Shown here in pieces: positions 26,575-36,107 of a stretch of DNA of 64,000 bases (the stretch's first letter is position 1; every line of letters begins with the position of its first letter). The position numbers were made by a program, and so were the translations under genes. The notes under the pieces were generated by a model. That model saw nothing but the letters and a program-made list of their open reading frames with translations. It made no database searches and was not told the DNA's origin. Origin of the DNA: Candidatus Latescibacterota bacterium (GTDB lineage Bacteria > Latescibacterota > UBA2968 > UBA8231); the NCBI GenBank assembly GCA_965200315.1, contig OZ241362.1, positions 5,184,001 to 5,248,000 on the forward strand, given 5' to 3'.

Positions 26575-27930
26575 ATGACTACCGACCTAGCACTTCTCCA
26601 CCGCGACCCGCAATACACCTACCCGGTTCTCGTCAAGGGCGAGGGGATTTACTTATACGACGAAGCGGGCAATCGCTATATCGACGGCACGGCCGGGGCT
26701 GGCAACGTCACCCTAGGCCACGGTCGTCATGCCATCGTCGAGGCTATGGCCGCTCAGGGAAGGGAATTGGCCTATTGTTTTTCGACGTTTTTTACCAACC
26801 CTCCGGCCCTTGAATACGCCCGCCGCTTGGCCGAACTGGCCCCCGGGGATTTGAACCACGCGTACTTTGTCTCGGGTGGCTCCGAAGGCGTGGAGACGGC
26901 CATTAAACTGGCCCGCTTGTACCATCTGCAGCGGGGCCAAGCGCAAAAGCACCAGATCATCGGTCGCTGGCGCGGCTATCACGGTGCTACTTTGGGGGCC
27001 TTGGCCGCTACCGGGATGCCGGGGCTGCGGGTGCCTTTTGAGCCATATCTGCCAGCTTTTCCGCACATTGCCTCGTGCTATCCTTATCGCTGCGCTTTTG
27101 CCGGTTGCGAAGATCGCTGCAATTTGACCTGTGCCCGTCAGTTAGAAGAGACCATCGCGAGGTAGGGGCCGACAATATCGCGGCCTTTATCGCCGAGCCG
27201 GTGGTCATGGCCGGGGTCGCCGCTGGGGTACCGCCGCCCGATTACTACCCTCTCATTCGCCAAATCTGCGCCGAGCCACGACGTCCTTTTTATCGCCGAC
27301 GAGATCATCACCGGCTTTGGCCGCACCGGCAAACTCTTTGCCATTGAGCATTGGGACGTAGTGCCCGATATGATCGTTTTTGGCAAAGGGGCCAGCAGCG
27401 GATACGCGCCCTTGGGAGGGGTGTTGCTGAGCGAACAGATGCGGCGGGGCCTCACCCGCAGCGGCCAAGCCCTGCCGCACGTTTTTACCTATGTCAACAA
27501 CCCAGTAGCCATGCGCGCTGGCTTGGCCGTACTGGACCTGCTAAAAGAAGAAGGGATCGTGCAACACGCCGCTCAGGTGGGGGCCTATTTGCAGGAAAAG
27601 GCCCCGAGCTTGACGCGCCACGCTTGCGTCGGCCAAGTGCGCGGCAAGGGCCTGATGCTGGGGATTGAACTGGTGCAGGATCGCCGCAGTCGCAAGCCCT
27701 TTCCCCCTGAGTGGGGCGTGGCGCAGCGCGTGCCTCTGCTTGCCTTGGAACGGGGCTTGGCTATTTCGGGCACTAGCGGGGGAGCCAATTGGGTTGCGGG
27801 CGATGATTTGCGCTTTTACCCGCCGCTGATCATTGCGCAGGAACAGCTCGACGAGTCCCTAGCTATCATGGACGAGTGTTTGGGATTGCTGGAAGAGGAA
27901 CTGCGGCAAAAGGGCTGGGTGCCAGCCTAG
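26575..27930 (+). pseudogene. Class III PLP aminotransferase with two compensating 1-bp indels (possibly sequence errors)
   Basis: SGGSEG and YHGAT in the first ORF, AFIAEPV in a shifted frame at ~27160-27275, then ADEIITGFGRTG and FGKG back in the original frame. Confidence 0.8.
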
Positions 27931-28039
27931 CTCAGCGTTCCGCAACTAAAACCGCGCAACGACACGACGGCGACGTTTACCGTGCGACGACCCTAACACA
28001 AGCTAGCTCAGCGTTCCGCAACTAAAACCGCGCAACGAC
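27927..28039. repeat. Two identical 37-bp direct repeats separated by 39 bp
   Basis: CTAGCTCAGCGTTCCGCAACTAAAACCGCGCAACGAC at 27927-27963 and 28003-28039. Confidence 0.9.
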
Positions 28040-28040
28040 C

Positions 28041-28920
28041 CTATTCAATCGGCCAGATCGCTCCCATCTGCCACACGTCCAGCGATCGCACCGTCGCCGC
28101 GCCGCCTCGGGCAAATAGCTGGACGCCGAGACTATCCGGCTGGGCGGGATAGATGCGCTTGGCCAAATAATGGAGGTCATTGGCGAAGACCTCTACCACG
28201 CTCCGATCCACGAATACCCGCAATGCTAGCGGCTCGCCGTAAGGGAGGTCGAACGCACGCCGTTGCGATTCGCGATTGCTCACCTCGGGATTGATGCTGG
28301 ACCGACTTACGTCCAAAATCAACTCCCGGAGCGGACCAATTTTTTGCGGTGCGCGGTTGGCTGACCACGGATTGAGGTTGAAGCGAATGAGGGTTTGTTC
28401 TAAGCCGTCTGGCGAACAGCAAACCTTCAGACCGAATTCTTCGGCACTCTCCCATTCAAACACCGCTTGAATTTCCAGTCGGTTGCCTTTGATTGCATTG
28501 AGCGGACCCTCTTCGTCCGCAGCCAATTGGATGTCGGAAAAGTGCGCGTGCTCGCCGCGCAACGCCTCTAACCGGCAAGCCGTGATAGATAAATGTGGGC
28601 ACTCCTTCTTTGTTGATAAACGCGGCCCCGCTGTAGCACTGGTCCCGGTCGGCTCCCTCCGGCCCGGGCGGCAGCGCAATGGGGTGGTCCGTCCAGTGAA
28701 CCAAATCTGCACTGGAGGCGTGGCCCCAATGGATCGTGCCGTGGAAAGCGCCATTGGGATTGTATTGGTAAAAGATGTGGTATCGGCCCCGCCAGAAAAT
28801 GGTTCCGTTCGGGTCGTTCATCCAGTTGATCGGGGCTAGAAAATGGTAGGATGGACGATACGGATCCGACGCCAATTGCAGACGACGCGGGTCCATGTCG
28901 CGTTGCTTTGACTCAGGCAT
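28041..28920 (-). pseudogene. GH32 beta-fructofuranosidase with large internal deletion
   Basis: N-terminal WMNDPNG and HWGH join out of frame at ~28572 to the C-terminal beta-sandwich (LRVFVDRSVVEVF). RDP and EC motifs are absent. Confidence 0.85.
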
Positions 28921-30402
28921 TTACTTGTCTCCCATGGGATTGTCCCAATCCCGTACCGGCCCTTGGGACAGCAATTCCGCGAGTGTGAGGCAGGCTAGGT
29001 CGCGTCCGTCCGCCAGTGCTTTGTCGATAGCGCGGCGGCCGCCTTTGATCTTCTTTTTCCCATGCACGATGGCGGAACGGACTCCATAGAGGGCCTTTAC
29101 TCTGTTGGATATCCAGCCGCGTTGGTCGCGTCCTTGGCCGAGCAGTCGTTCTGCCCGGATCGCCAGTTGTTGGCTCAGTTGCTGTTTGATCGGACCGTAC
29201 ATGATCTCCAAGGAGATGGAAACATCGAGGATGCGGTCCTCTGTACTAAATGGGCCGCCGACCCGAGCAAAAGAGGCGGCGAGGCGGCGGATCGCAAGGT
29301 CAATAACATCGCGCCTACCGCGATAGGTACACCAGCGGCTTGCCAAGGCCGCGAAAGCAGCCGCATCCTGCTGGCTGAATGGGTGTTCCTTGGGTGCTGA
29401 GTCGGACAAGTAGGCAGAGGAGTTGCGAAAACCGCAAGCGAAGTTGGGATCAATTTCCTCTACCCACTTGGCGACGCGGCCAAAGCTCGTGTGGAAGACC
29501 AGCGGAGTTCGCGTGGCAATCGCTAGCAAATCAACTAGGACTTTGCTGTCGTCTGGCAATCGGTCCGCAAGGTCAATCTCGTAGTCGCCGGGGAAGCGGT
29601 ACTTTACTTTCGGTCCGCAAGCGCAACGGGACTTATTGGAAAAATCGCCCCCATCCGGGGGAGGTGCGACGCCTGGCCCCCACCTTAGACTGCGCACGAG
29701 CGCGGTCGTGCGCACAGGACGGTTTGACTGGCTAGGGTCGTCGGGCAGGCCGTACGTCGCCTTGGCGTCCTCGTAGGGCGCTAGATAGGCGTCGCGGCCA
29801 AGCTCGAAGCGCCGGTCGAGTTTTAAGCCGTGCAAGATAGTGATCTCGTAGGCCGGGAGATTGGCATCCGCTCCGGCCGTCAGGTAGCGGTGCAGCAGTT
29901 GCGCGGCCTGCTCGCCGCTATCCCGCATAGTGCGTTTAGCCAGATGAGATACGAGGGACTTTAGCTCGACGTGGAACCAGTCGCACGTGGACAGCATGAA
30001 GCCGACCCCTTCGCGCTTGCCCGAACCGATCAGTCCCGGGCGCAGCAATGGATGCTCCCGCAGAATCGCCCTTGCTTCTATAGGATCGGACTTGAGCCAG
30101 AGATGGGATTCTGCGAAGAGCTTGGCGGCGGTGGGGTCGTGCTTTGCGCGGGCGGCGAGCTCTCGATATTGCTGGTTGATGCTCGGCCAGTATTCGTCTA
30201 GCGGGCCGTAGTGTGGGGTCTCTGGTGAAAAGGGGAAAGCGGGTCGCGCCTGTGCGGCAATGTCTTTGAGTGCTGCTGCTAGCCGGTCGATCCAATCGGC
30301 TGCGTTAAAGGCTGTGCCATTAGCTTGTTTATCTGGTCGAGTAAAAATGTGCCCCTTGTGATTGTCCGAGGTTGTAGTGGTGATCCTATAATCGTCAGGC
30401 AT
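28921..30402 (-). CDS. HEPN-domain protein (ApeA/MAE_28990-like)
   Basis: C-terminal DxxISLE...LYGVRSAIVHG (Rx4H) HEPN pattern. Confidence 0.7.
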   Translation of the reverse strand: MPDDYRITTTTSDNHKGHIFTRPDKQANGTAFNAADWIDRLAAALKDIAAQARPAFPFSPETPHYGPLDEYWPSINQQYRELAARAKHDPTAAKLFAESHLWLKSDPIEARAILREHPLLRPGLIGSGKREGVGFMLSTCDWFHVELKSLVSHLAKRTMRDSGEQAAQLLHRYLTAGADANLPAYEITILHGLKLDRRFELGRDAYLAPYEDAKATYGLPDDPSQSNRPVRTTALVRSLRWGPGVAPPPDGGDFSNKSRCACGPKVKYRFPGDYEIDLADRLPDDSKVLVDLLAIATRTPLVFHTSFGRVAKWVEEIDPNFACGFRNSSAYLSDSAPKEHPFSQQDAAAFAALASRWCTYRGRRDVIDLAIRRLAASFARVGGPFSTEDRILDVSISLEIMYGPIKQQLSQQLAIRAERLLGQGRDQRGWISNRVKALYGVRSAIVHGKKKIKGGRRAIDKALADGRDLACLTLAELLSQGPVRDWDNPMGDK

Positions 30403-30583
30403 GATGCGTACTTTCTGGGTAGTGGGGTCCGATGCTGTTCCGGCAGATGGGACCGCCTACTCGCTTTTTAAGAGAAAAACAAGGGGAGAAAACCAGGTCA
30501 AGCGCACCTACACCACCCCTGGAGGGCACTTGTGTCGAGCGTGGGGATGCGTTTTAGTAGCAGAGGATTCTCAATAGGAGTAG

Positions 30584-31492
30584 GTGGTGAAGATACTAGT
30601 AGCAGGTAGCAGCGGCTTGATAGGCACGGCGCTCTGTAGCCAGTTGGAGCGCGACGGGCACGAGGTGGTGCGTTTGGTGAGGCGGGAGCCAGCGCACGGG
30701 GAGTTGCGCTGGGCTCCAGAAGCTGGCGAGCTGGAGCAAGAGGTTCTGGAGGGGATAGAGGCGGTGGTGCATTTAGGAGGCCGGAACATCGCCGCCGGGC
30801 GCTGGACGGCCACTGTCAAGGAGCAGTTGCGCCAGAGTCGGGTGCAGACGACGCAGTTGCTCGCTGTGCGCTTGGCGGGATTAGCCGCGCCGCCGAGGGT
30901 GCTGGTCTGCGCGTCGGCCATCGGCATTTACGGCCATCGGCGCGACGAGGAGCTAGACGAAGGAAGTGCTACCGGCGAGGGGTTTTTGGCCGAGTTGGGC
31001 CGAGCGTGGGAGGGGGCGAGCGCGGTGGCTGCCGAGGCTGGTATCCGCGTCGTGCAGGCCCGCTTGGGGATCGTCCTCAGTCGCCGGGGCGGAGCGCTGG
31101 CCAAGATGCTGTTGCCCTTCCGCTTGGGGATGGGTGGCAAGATCGGCGACGGTCGGCAGTACGTTAGCTGGATTAGCTTGGAGGACGCGGTGGCAGCGCT
31201 GATCTATGCGGTGGAAAACGACGCCTTGCGCGGGCCGGTGAACCTGACCGCGCCTCAGCCGGTGACCAATGCCGAATTGACGCGGACATTGGGTCGCGTG
31301 TTGCGGCGGCCGACGCTGTTGCCGCTGCCGGCGTTTGCCGCCAAGTTGGTTTTGGGCGAATTGGCCGAGGAGGGGTTGCTGGCCAGCCAGCGGGTGCGGC
31401 CAAAGCGACTGTTGGAAGCGGGTTTCGAGTTCAAGCATCTTGAATTGGAGGGCGTGTTGCGCCAGGAGCTGGCGGCGCGGGAGTCGGATTGA
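30584..31492 (+). CDS. TIGR01777 family NAD-dependent epimerase (YfcH-like)
   Basis: AGSSGLIG, SASA-like CASAIGIYG, GGKIGDGRQYVSWI. Confidence 0.9.
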   Translation: MVKILVAGSSGLIGTALCSQLERDGHEVVRLVRREPAHGELRWAPEAGELEQEVLEGIEAVVHLGGRNIAAGRWTATVKEQLRQSRVQTTQLLAVRLAGLAAPPRVLVCASAIGIYGHRRDEELDEGSATGEGFLAELGRAWEGASAVAAEAGIRVVQARLGIVLSRRGGALAKMLLPFRLGMGGKIGDGRQYVSWISLEDAVAALIYAVENDALRGPVNLTAPQPVTNAELTRTLGRVLRRPTLLPLPAFAAKLVLGELAEEGLLASQRVRPKRLLEAGFEFKHLELEGVLRQELAARESD

Positions 31493-31498
31493 GGCTAA

Positions 31499-31600
31499 GA
31501 GGCCCCCTAACAAAGCTGGATTCCCGCTTTCGCGGGAATGACATGGGAGGGCAGTATGCCCGCGTTCCTAGGATTGCCCAACGGGTTTTGTTAGGACCTC
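31499..31600. mobile_element. MITE-like element, copy 1
   Basis: Imperfect terminal IRs GAGGCCCCCTAACAAA / TTTGTTAGGACCTC. Internal GGATTCCCGC-TTTC-GCGGGAATGAC hairpin. Homologous to 56147-56242. Confidence 0.75.
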
Positions 31601-31607
31601 TTAGCTC

Positions 31608-32900
31608 ATGGATGTAGGACAACGCCGAAGGACGGCAACAGTGCCGAATGCGATTAGTCTTTTTGCCGGAGCGGGTGGTTGCTCGTTGGGATTCAAGAAA
31701 GCTGATTATCAAATTCTGTATGCCTTGGACAGTGACCCAACGGCAGTTGAAACCTATAGAGCTAACTTTTCAGGGACTAGCTGCGTCCAAGGCGATGTGC
31801 GAGAGTTTGACTTCGGTATGTTGCTCAACGACTTAAAAATTAAAGCAGGTGAGCTGGATATTTTAATCGGCGGGCCGCCCTGTCAGGGTTTTAGTACTGC
31901 TGGCACTAAATTTTGGGATGATCCAAGAAATAGCCTGTTAAAAAGCTATGTTAAGTCGCTGAAAATAATGCGTCCAAAGTGGTTTATCATGGAAAACGTA
32001 GAAGGACTTTTAACAGCGAAGAATGGAGAGTACATATACGAAGCTACTAAAGCATTTATAGAACTGGGCTATAGAGTACGCGTCGATAAGGTTTATGCAC
32101 ATGAGTACGGGATTCCACAAAGAAGAAAGCGCGTTTTGGTGATTGGCAACCGCTTGGGATACGATTTTAGTTTGCCTCAGCCCGTACAGCATATTCATGG
32201 AGCTATTTTTAGAAAATCGAGTTCGACGCTTAGACATGCAATAGGCGATTTGCCCGAACCATCTGTCAAGAAAGAACAAACAGTAAGATATAGTGGTACT
32301 TGGAAAGATGAGATAAGGGATGGCGCTAGAGAAATAAAGGATCACTTTAGGCCATTGCTCCAAGATACACAGGCAGAGCGCATTCGCGCATTAAAACCTG
32401 GGCAAACCATGAAGGACCTCCCCGAAGAGTTACAGCACAGCTCCTTTAGGAGAAGAGCCTATAGGCGAGTAATGGACGGAACGCCTTCAGATAAGAGAGG
32501 TGGTGCGCCTTCTGGTCTGAAAAGACTGCGCTTTGACGAGCCCTGCTTAACGATTACTGGGGCTGCTTGCCGAGAATTTATTCACCCAATTGAAGATCGA
32601 CCGTTGACGATTAGAGAATGCGCCAGAATCCAAACATTCCCGGATTCGTTTATTTTCTTGGGAAATACGTCTGATAAGATACGGCATACTGGTAATGCAA
32701 TTCCACCAAAGCTCGCACTAATTTTTGCCGAGCATATAAAGGGTTACGGATTCTTACCAACTAAAGAAATGGGACATGGAGCATTGATAGGATTTACTTT
32801 GACAAAAGCGTCTGCGATGAGTCCGTCTCTCATAAAGACAGCGCGATTGCTGGAGAGTCTAAAGAAAAGTGATAAACCACAATTAACCTTATTTGAATAA
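31608..32900 (+). CDS. C5 DNA cytosine methyltransferase, M.ApaLI-like
   Basis: FAGAGG, GPPCQGFS, ENV, QRRKR, RECARIQTFP, GNA. The TRD resembles M.ApaLI as recalled. AT-richer than its flanks. Confidence 0.92.
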   Translation: MDVGQRRRTATVPNAISLFAGAGGCSLGFKKADYQILYALDSDPTAVETYRANFSGTSCVQGDVREFDFGMLLNDLKIKAGELDILIGGPPCQGFSTAGTKFWDDPRNSLLKSYVKSLKIMRPKWFIMENVEGLLTAKNGEYIYEATKAFIELGYRVRVDKVYAHEYGIPQRRKRVLVIGNRLGYDFSLPQPVQHIHGAIFRKSSSTLRHAIGDLPEPSVKKEQTVRYSGTWKDEIRDGAREIKDHFRPLLQDTQAERIRALKPGQTMKDLPEELQHSSFRRRAYRRVMDGTPSDKRGGAPSGLKRLRFDEPCLTITGAACREFIHPIEDRPLTIRECARIQTFPDSFIFLGNTSDKIRHTGNAIPPKLALIFAEHIKGYGFLPTKEMGHGALIGFTLTKASAMSPSLIKTARLLESLKKSDKPQLTLFE

Positions 32901-33936
32901 AATTTCTATGACTAATACTTCAATCCGATATTTGCTGAGCAAGTGCAAAATTCACGGTACAGGAGACGCACAGGTTATTCTCTCCGATTCTGAATTATAT
33001 GTTCTTTTGTCGATCAGTGTGCGAGATCTCAAATGGAACTCGTCTGAGTTGGGACTATCCGATATAGAAATTCCCAATCAAGACTACTATCAGATTTCTA
33101 TACAGTGGTTTTCTGCAAGTGAAATACCTTATGCAAACTCAGATTTGCTTTTGCAGGTACTAGATAATGCAGTCAGAAAACATCCTGACTTTGCGCTCTA
33201 TATTCAGAATCTATGCGCCCTACACAGACGGCGAGTGAAGTACCGGCGAATTCTAGAAACACAGCCACTCGCACAAGCCGATCAAATTGGCCCTCGAAGC
33301 CTCCTTGAATTCGGCTCATGCGATCTTGAACTTTTGTTTAGCTGGATGACTTGGCGAAAGTGGATATACGATATTGATAATCGATCTGCACAAGAAACAG
33401 GATATTTATTTGAACCCATCCTTGCGAGTTGCTTGGGTGGAGAACCTATTGGAGCACGAAATTCGCCAGTAAAGCGCCTAGATGAGGATGGAAAGCCGAC
33501 GAAAAAAGGTCGTCAAATTGACTGTTTTGTAGCAGAAGGAAACCTAGCCTATGAGTTCAAACTCAGAGTTACCATTGCGGCAAGTGGTCAAGGCCGCTTT
33601 TCCGAGGAGCTGTCTTTTCCGAGAGAATGCAAGGCAGCAGGGTTTACCCCTGTTCTTCTGGTGCTAGATCCAACTTCATCACCCCGTCTTACAGAACTGG
33701 CCGAAGAATTTATGAATGCGGATGGTATTGCTATGACTGGAGAAGAAGCATGGGAACACATAGAAGAGAATGCAGGACAAATTTTATCGACTTTTGTGAT
33801 GAAGTATATACGCCCACCGATAGATGCAATAGGAGTAATTGACAACAGGCTTCCTGCAAATCTCAAGCTATCTTGGGGCGAAAAATCCATTTCAATAGCT
33901 TCAGAAAATGTTAGGTATGAAATTAGACGAGAGTAG
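32893..33936 (+). CDS. Type II restriction endonuclease, R.ApaLI-like
   Basis: Overlaps the MTase end. QIDC...YEFK PD-(D/E)xK-like core. DNRSAQETGYLFEPILA and KLRVTIAASGQGRF recall R.ApaLI. Confidence 0.8.
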   Translation: MNKISMTNTSIRYLLSKCKIHGTGDAQVILSDSELYVLLSISVRDLKWNSSELGLSDIEIPNQDYYQISIQWFSASEIPYANSDLLLQVLDNAVRKHPDFALYIQNLCALHRRRVKYRRILETQPLAQADQIGPRSLLEFGSCDLELLFSWMTWRKWIYDIDNRSAQETGYLFEPILASCLGGEPIGARNSPVKRLDEDGKPTKKGRQIDCFVAEGNLAYEFKLRVTIAASGQGRFSEELSFPRECKAAGFTPVLLVLDPTSSPRLTELAEEFMNADGIAMTGEEAWEHIEENAGQILSTFVMKYIRPPIDAIGVIDNRLPANLKLSWGEKSISIASENVRYEIRRE

Positions 33937-33969
33937 GGATTTCTAAAAAATACAAGGAGCATGCGTCTT

Positions 33970-35361
33970 ATGAACATCATCGTCTTGGTCAGCGACACCT
34001 TTCGCTACGACTATTTGGGGTGCAACGGCAATGCGTGGATCGGCACGGCGGCGCTCGACCGCTTTGCCGAGCGGGCGGTGTGCTTCGACCGGCACTATTT
34101 GTCGAGCTTTCCGACCATCCCCAACCGCACCGACCTCTTTACCGGCCGCTACAGCTTCCCCTTCCACGGCTGGAAACCGCTCGACGCAGGTGTCCCGGTG
34201 CTGAGCACGATTTTCGGTGCGGCCGGCTACCAAAGCCAGCTTATCTGCGACACGCCGCATCTGATGAAGGGCGTCCACCATTTTGACCGGGGGTTTGACG
34301 GGGCGTATTGGATTCGTGGCCAAGAGGGCGACAAGCCGCTGTTGAAGGGCAACTTGCCGCCGCGCATGGAAGTAGCCGGGGCGAAGACGCGCATTGATCC
34401 GCATCTGGCTCAGTCGCGCTTTGGCAATCTGGCGACCTTGCACTCGTGGACTAACCGCGATTGGGCGTGGGAGGAAGACCGCTTCTGCGTGCGCACGGCG
34501 CAGACGGCGAGCCGCTGGCTGGAGGAAAATCGCGGCTGTGAGCCGTTCTTGCTGTGGGTGGATTTCTTCGACGCGCACGAGCCGTGGGACCCGCCGGAAC
34601 ATCTCGTGGGCCGCTATGATACCTCTGGGTACGACGGCCCGGCGATGATTCATCCGAACTACGGCCCGGCTACGGCGTACACGTCGGCGGAATTGGCCAA
34701 CCTCCAGGCACACTATGCGGCCGAGATTTACTTGGTCAACAAGTGGATCGGCTACGTGTTGGACAAAATTGAGGAGCTGGGGCTGTTCGACAACAGCGTG
34801 GTGGTCTTTACCTCGGATCACGGCATGTTCGTCGGCGAGCACAACCGCACAGGCAAGTCCAACATCCACCCCGAGGATGACCGCGTCTGGCCGCTATACG
34901 AAGAGATCAGCCACATCCCGCTGCTGATCGCTGCTCCCGAGGTCGCGGGCGGACAGCGCGTGAGCGCGTTGACGCAGTCGGTAGATTTGCTGCCGACGCT
35001 GATGGCTTTAGCTGGCGTAAAAAAAAGCGACCTAAAGATGCACGGGCACTCGCTCGCGCCGCTTATGACCGAATCGGCAACGTGGCCGCGGCAATACGCC
35101 TTCAGCTCGACCTTTATCCGCAATGGCGGACCGACGGTGACCGACGAGCGCTGGACCTACTTGGCGTATGGCGAGCACGGCGGCGCACCCGAGCTGTACG
35201 ACATGCAGGCCGACCCCCAGCAGCAGACGAATGTGATCGGCGAGCACCGAGAGGAGACCCGGCGGATGCAGCAAGCCTTGGCGGACTTTCTCGACGCGGT
35301 GGAGACGCCCGCGGAAAATCGTGCGTTGCTGGGGCCGGTCGGCGGGCCGGATTACAACTGA
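33970..35361 (+). CDS. Sulfatase/alkaline-phosphatase superfamily hydrolase
   Basis: NIIVLVSDTFR, TIPNR (Thr at the Cys/Ser position), HEPW, FTSDHG, ELYD. Confidence 0.85.
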   Translation: MNIIVLVSDTFRYDYLGCNGNAWIGTAALDRFAERAVCFDRHYLSSFPTIPNRTDLFTGRYSFPFHGWKPLDAGVPVLSTIFGAAGYQSQLICDTPHLMKGVHHFDRGFDGAYWIRGQEGDKPLLKGNLPPRMEVAGAKTRIDPHLAQSRFGNLATLHSWTNRDWAWEEDRFCVRTAQTASRWLEENRGCEPFLLWVDFFDAHEPWDPPEHLVGRYDTSGYDGPAMIHPNYGPATAYTSAELANLQAHYAAEIYLVNKWIGYVLDKIEELGLFDNSVVVFTSDHGMFVGEHNRTGKSNIHPEDDRVWPLYEEISHIPLLIAAPEVAGGQRVSALTQSVDLLPTLMALAGVKKSDLKMHGHSLAPLMTESATWPRQYAFSSTFIRNGGPTVTDERWTYLAYGEHGGAPELYDMQADPQQQTNVIGEHREETRRMQQALADFLDAVETPAENRALLGPVGGPDYN

Positions 35362-35370
35362 TCGCTGCCG

Positions 35371-35586
35371 CTATCCCGTGAAGAAGTCGAAGATATGGCC
35401 GAGGCGCGAGCTGTCGGCGGCGTAGAATTCGGTGTAGCGGCACTGCTCGCAAGTTACGGTTGTCAACTTGCGGTTTTGCACATCGAATATCTTAGACCAA
35501 AACCCCCCGGAGGCGCGGATCTCGCCGGTCCCGTAGGTGGTGTGATGGCATTTGGAGCACTCAAAGCGCAACGTAGGCGAACTCAT
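35371..35586 (-). CDS. Zinc-ribbon nucleic-acid-binding protein (DUF2082-like)
   Basis: CSKC...SKIFDVQ...CEQCRYTEFY. Confidence 0.85.
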   Translation of the reverse strand: MSSPTLRFECSKCHHTTYGTGEIRASGGFWSKIFDVQNRKLTTVTCEQCRYTEFYAADSSRLGHIFDFFTG

Positions 35587-35790
35587 GGGGCCTCATGCGT
35601 CGGATGTGGATGTTCGCTAGGGCAATATATCACAAAATGTAGATCAACACCCTACTTATCAAGGACGTAGGACGTGGAATGGCTATAGTGCGGCCGAGCT
35701 AGGGGATGGACTGGATTTTTGCCGAAAAGCGGAAGAGGACGGGGGATGGTCTAGCAGGGGTTTTTGTGTTGCTTCGGGATGCGCTGCGCG

Positions 35791-36000
35791 TCACTCCTCT
35801 ACATTGGCGAGTATTTCTTCAAGGGTCCACAAACGCTCGGAGTCAGCGATTAGGGCTTCGATGATGAGGGGATGGGCCTTGATGGTGCGCGAGTCGATAA
35901 ATTCAAAACCGGGCTGGTCGCGCAGGAGCATTTCTCGATCCTCTATGACGAAGATGTCGTCTGGCCCCCCCGAGGCCTCTGAATGGCGATAGAGTGGCAT
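35791..36000 (-). CDS. Small hypothetical protein
   Basis: 69-aa acidic ORF with AAGGAAGGA RBS, filling an otherwise empty gap. Confidence 0.55.
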   Translation of the reverse strand: MPLYRHSEASGGPDDIFVIEDREMLLRDQPGFEFIDSRTIKAHPLIIEALIADSERLWTLEEILANVEE

Positions 36001-36107
36001 ATTGTCCTTCCTTGTAAAAGGTTTTGTCTAGCTTAGACGCCGGTATTGGATATATAGTTGCCGGCATCTTTACGGGGCAAAATTTTATTCGCTCAAATAT
36101 CAAGTAA

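Noticed and set aside
27927-28039. CRISPR array call
   Set aside because: Only two repeats, no palindrome or typical terminus, the spacer resembles the repeat, and no cas genes are in the window. Kept as a plain repeat.
33943-34869. 308-aa minus-strand ORF, and similar long antisense ORFs at 20160-21272, 24079-25125, 48371-49186 and 59609-60622
   Set aside because: All are shadows of well-supported genes on the opposite strand.
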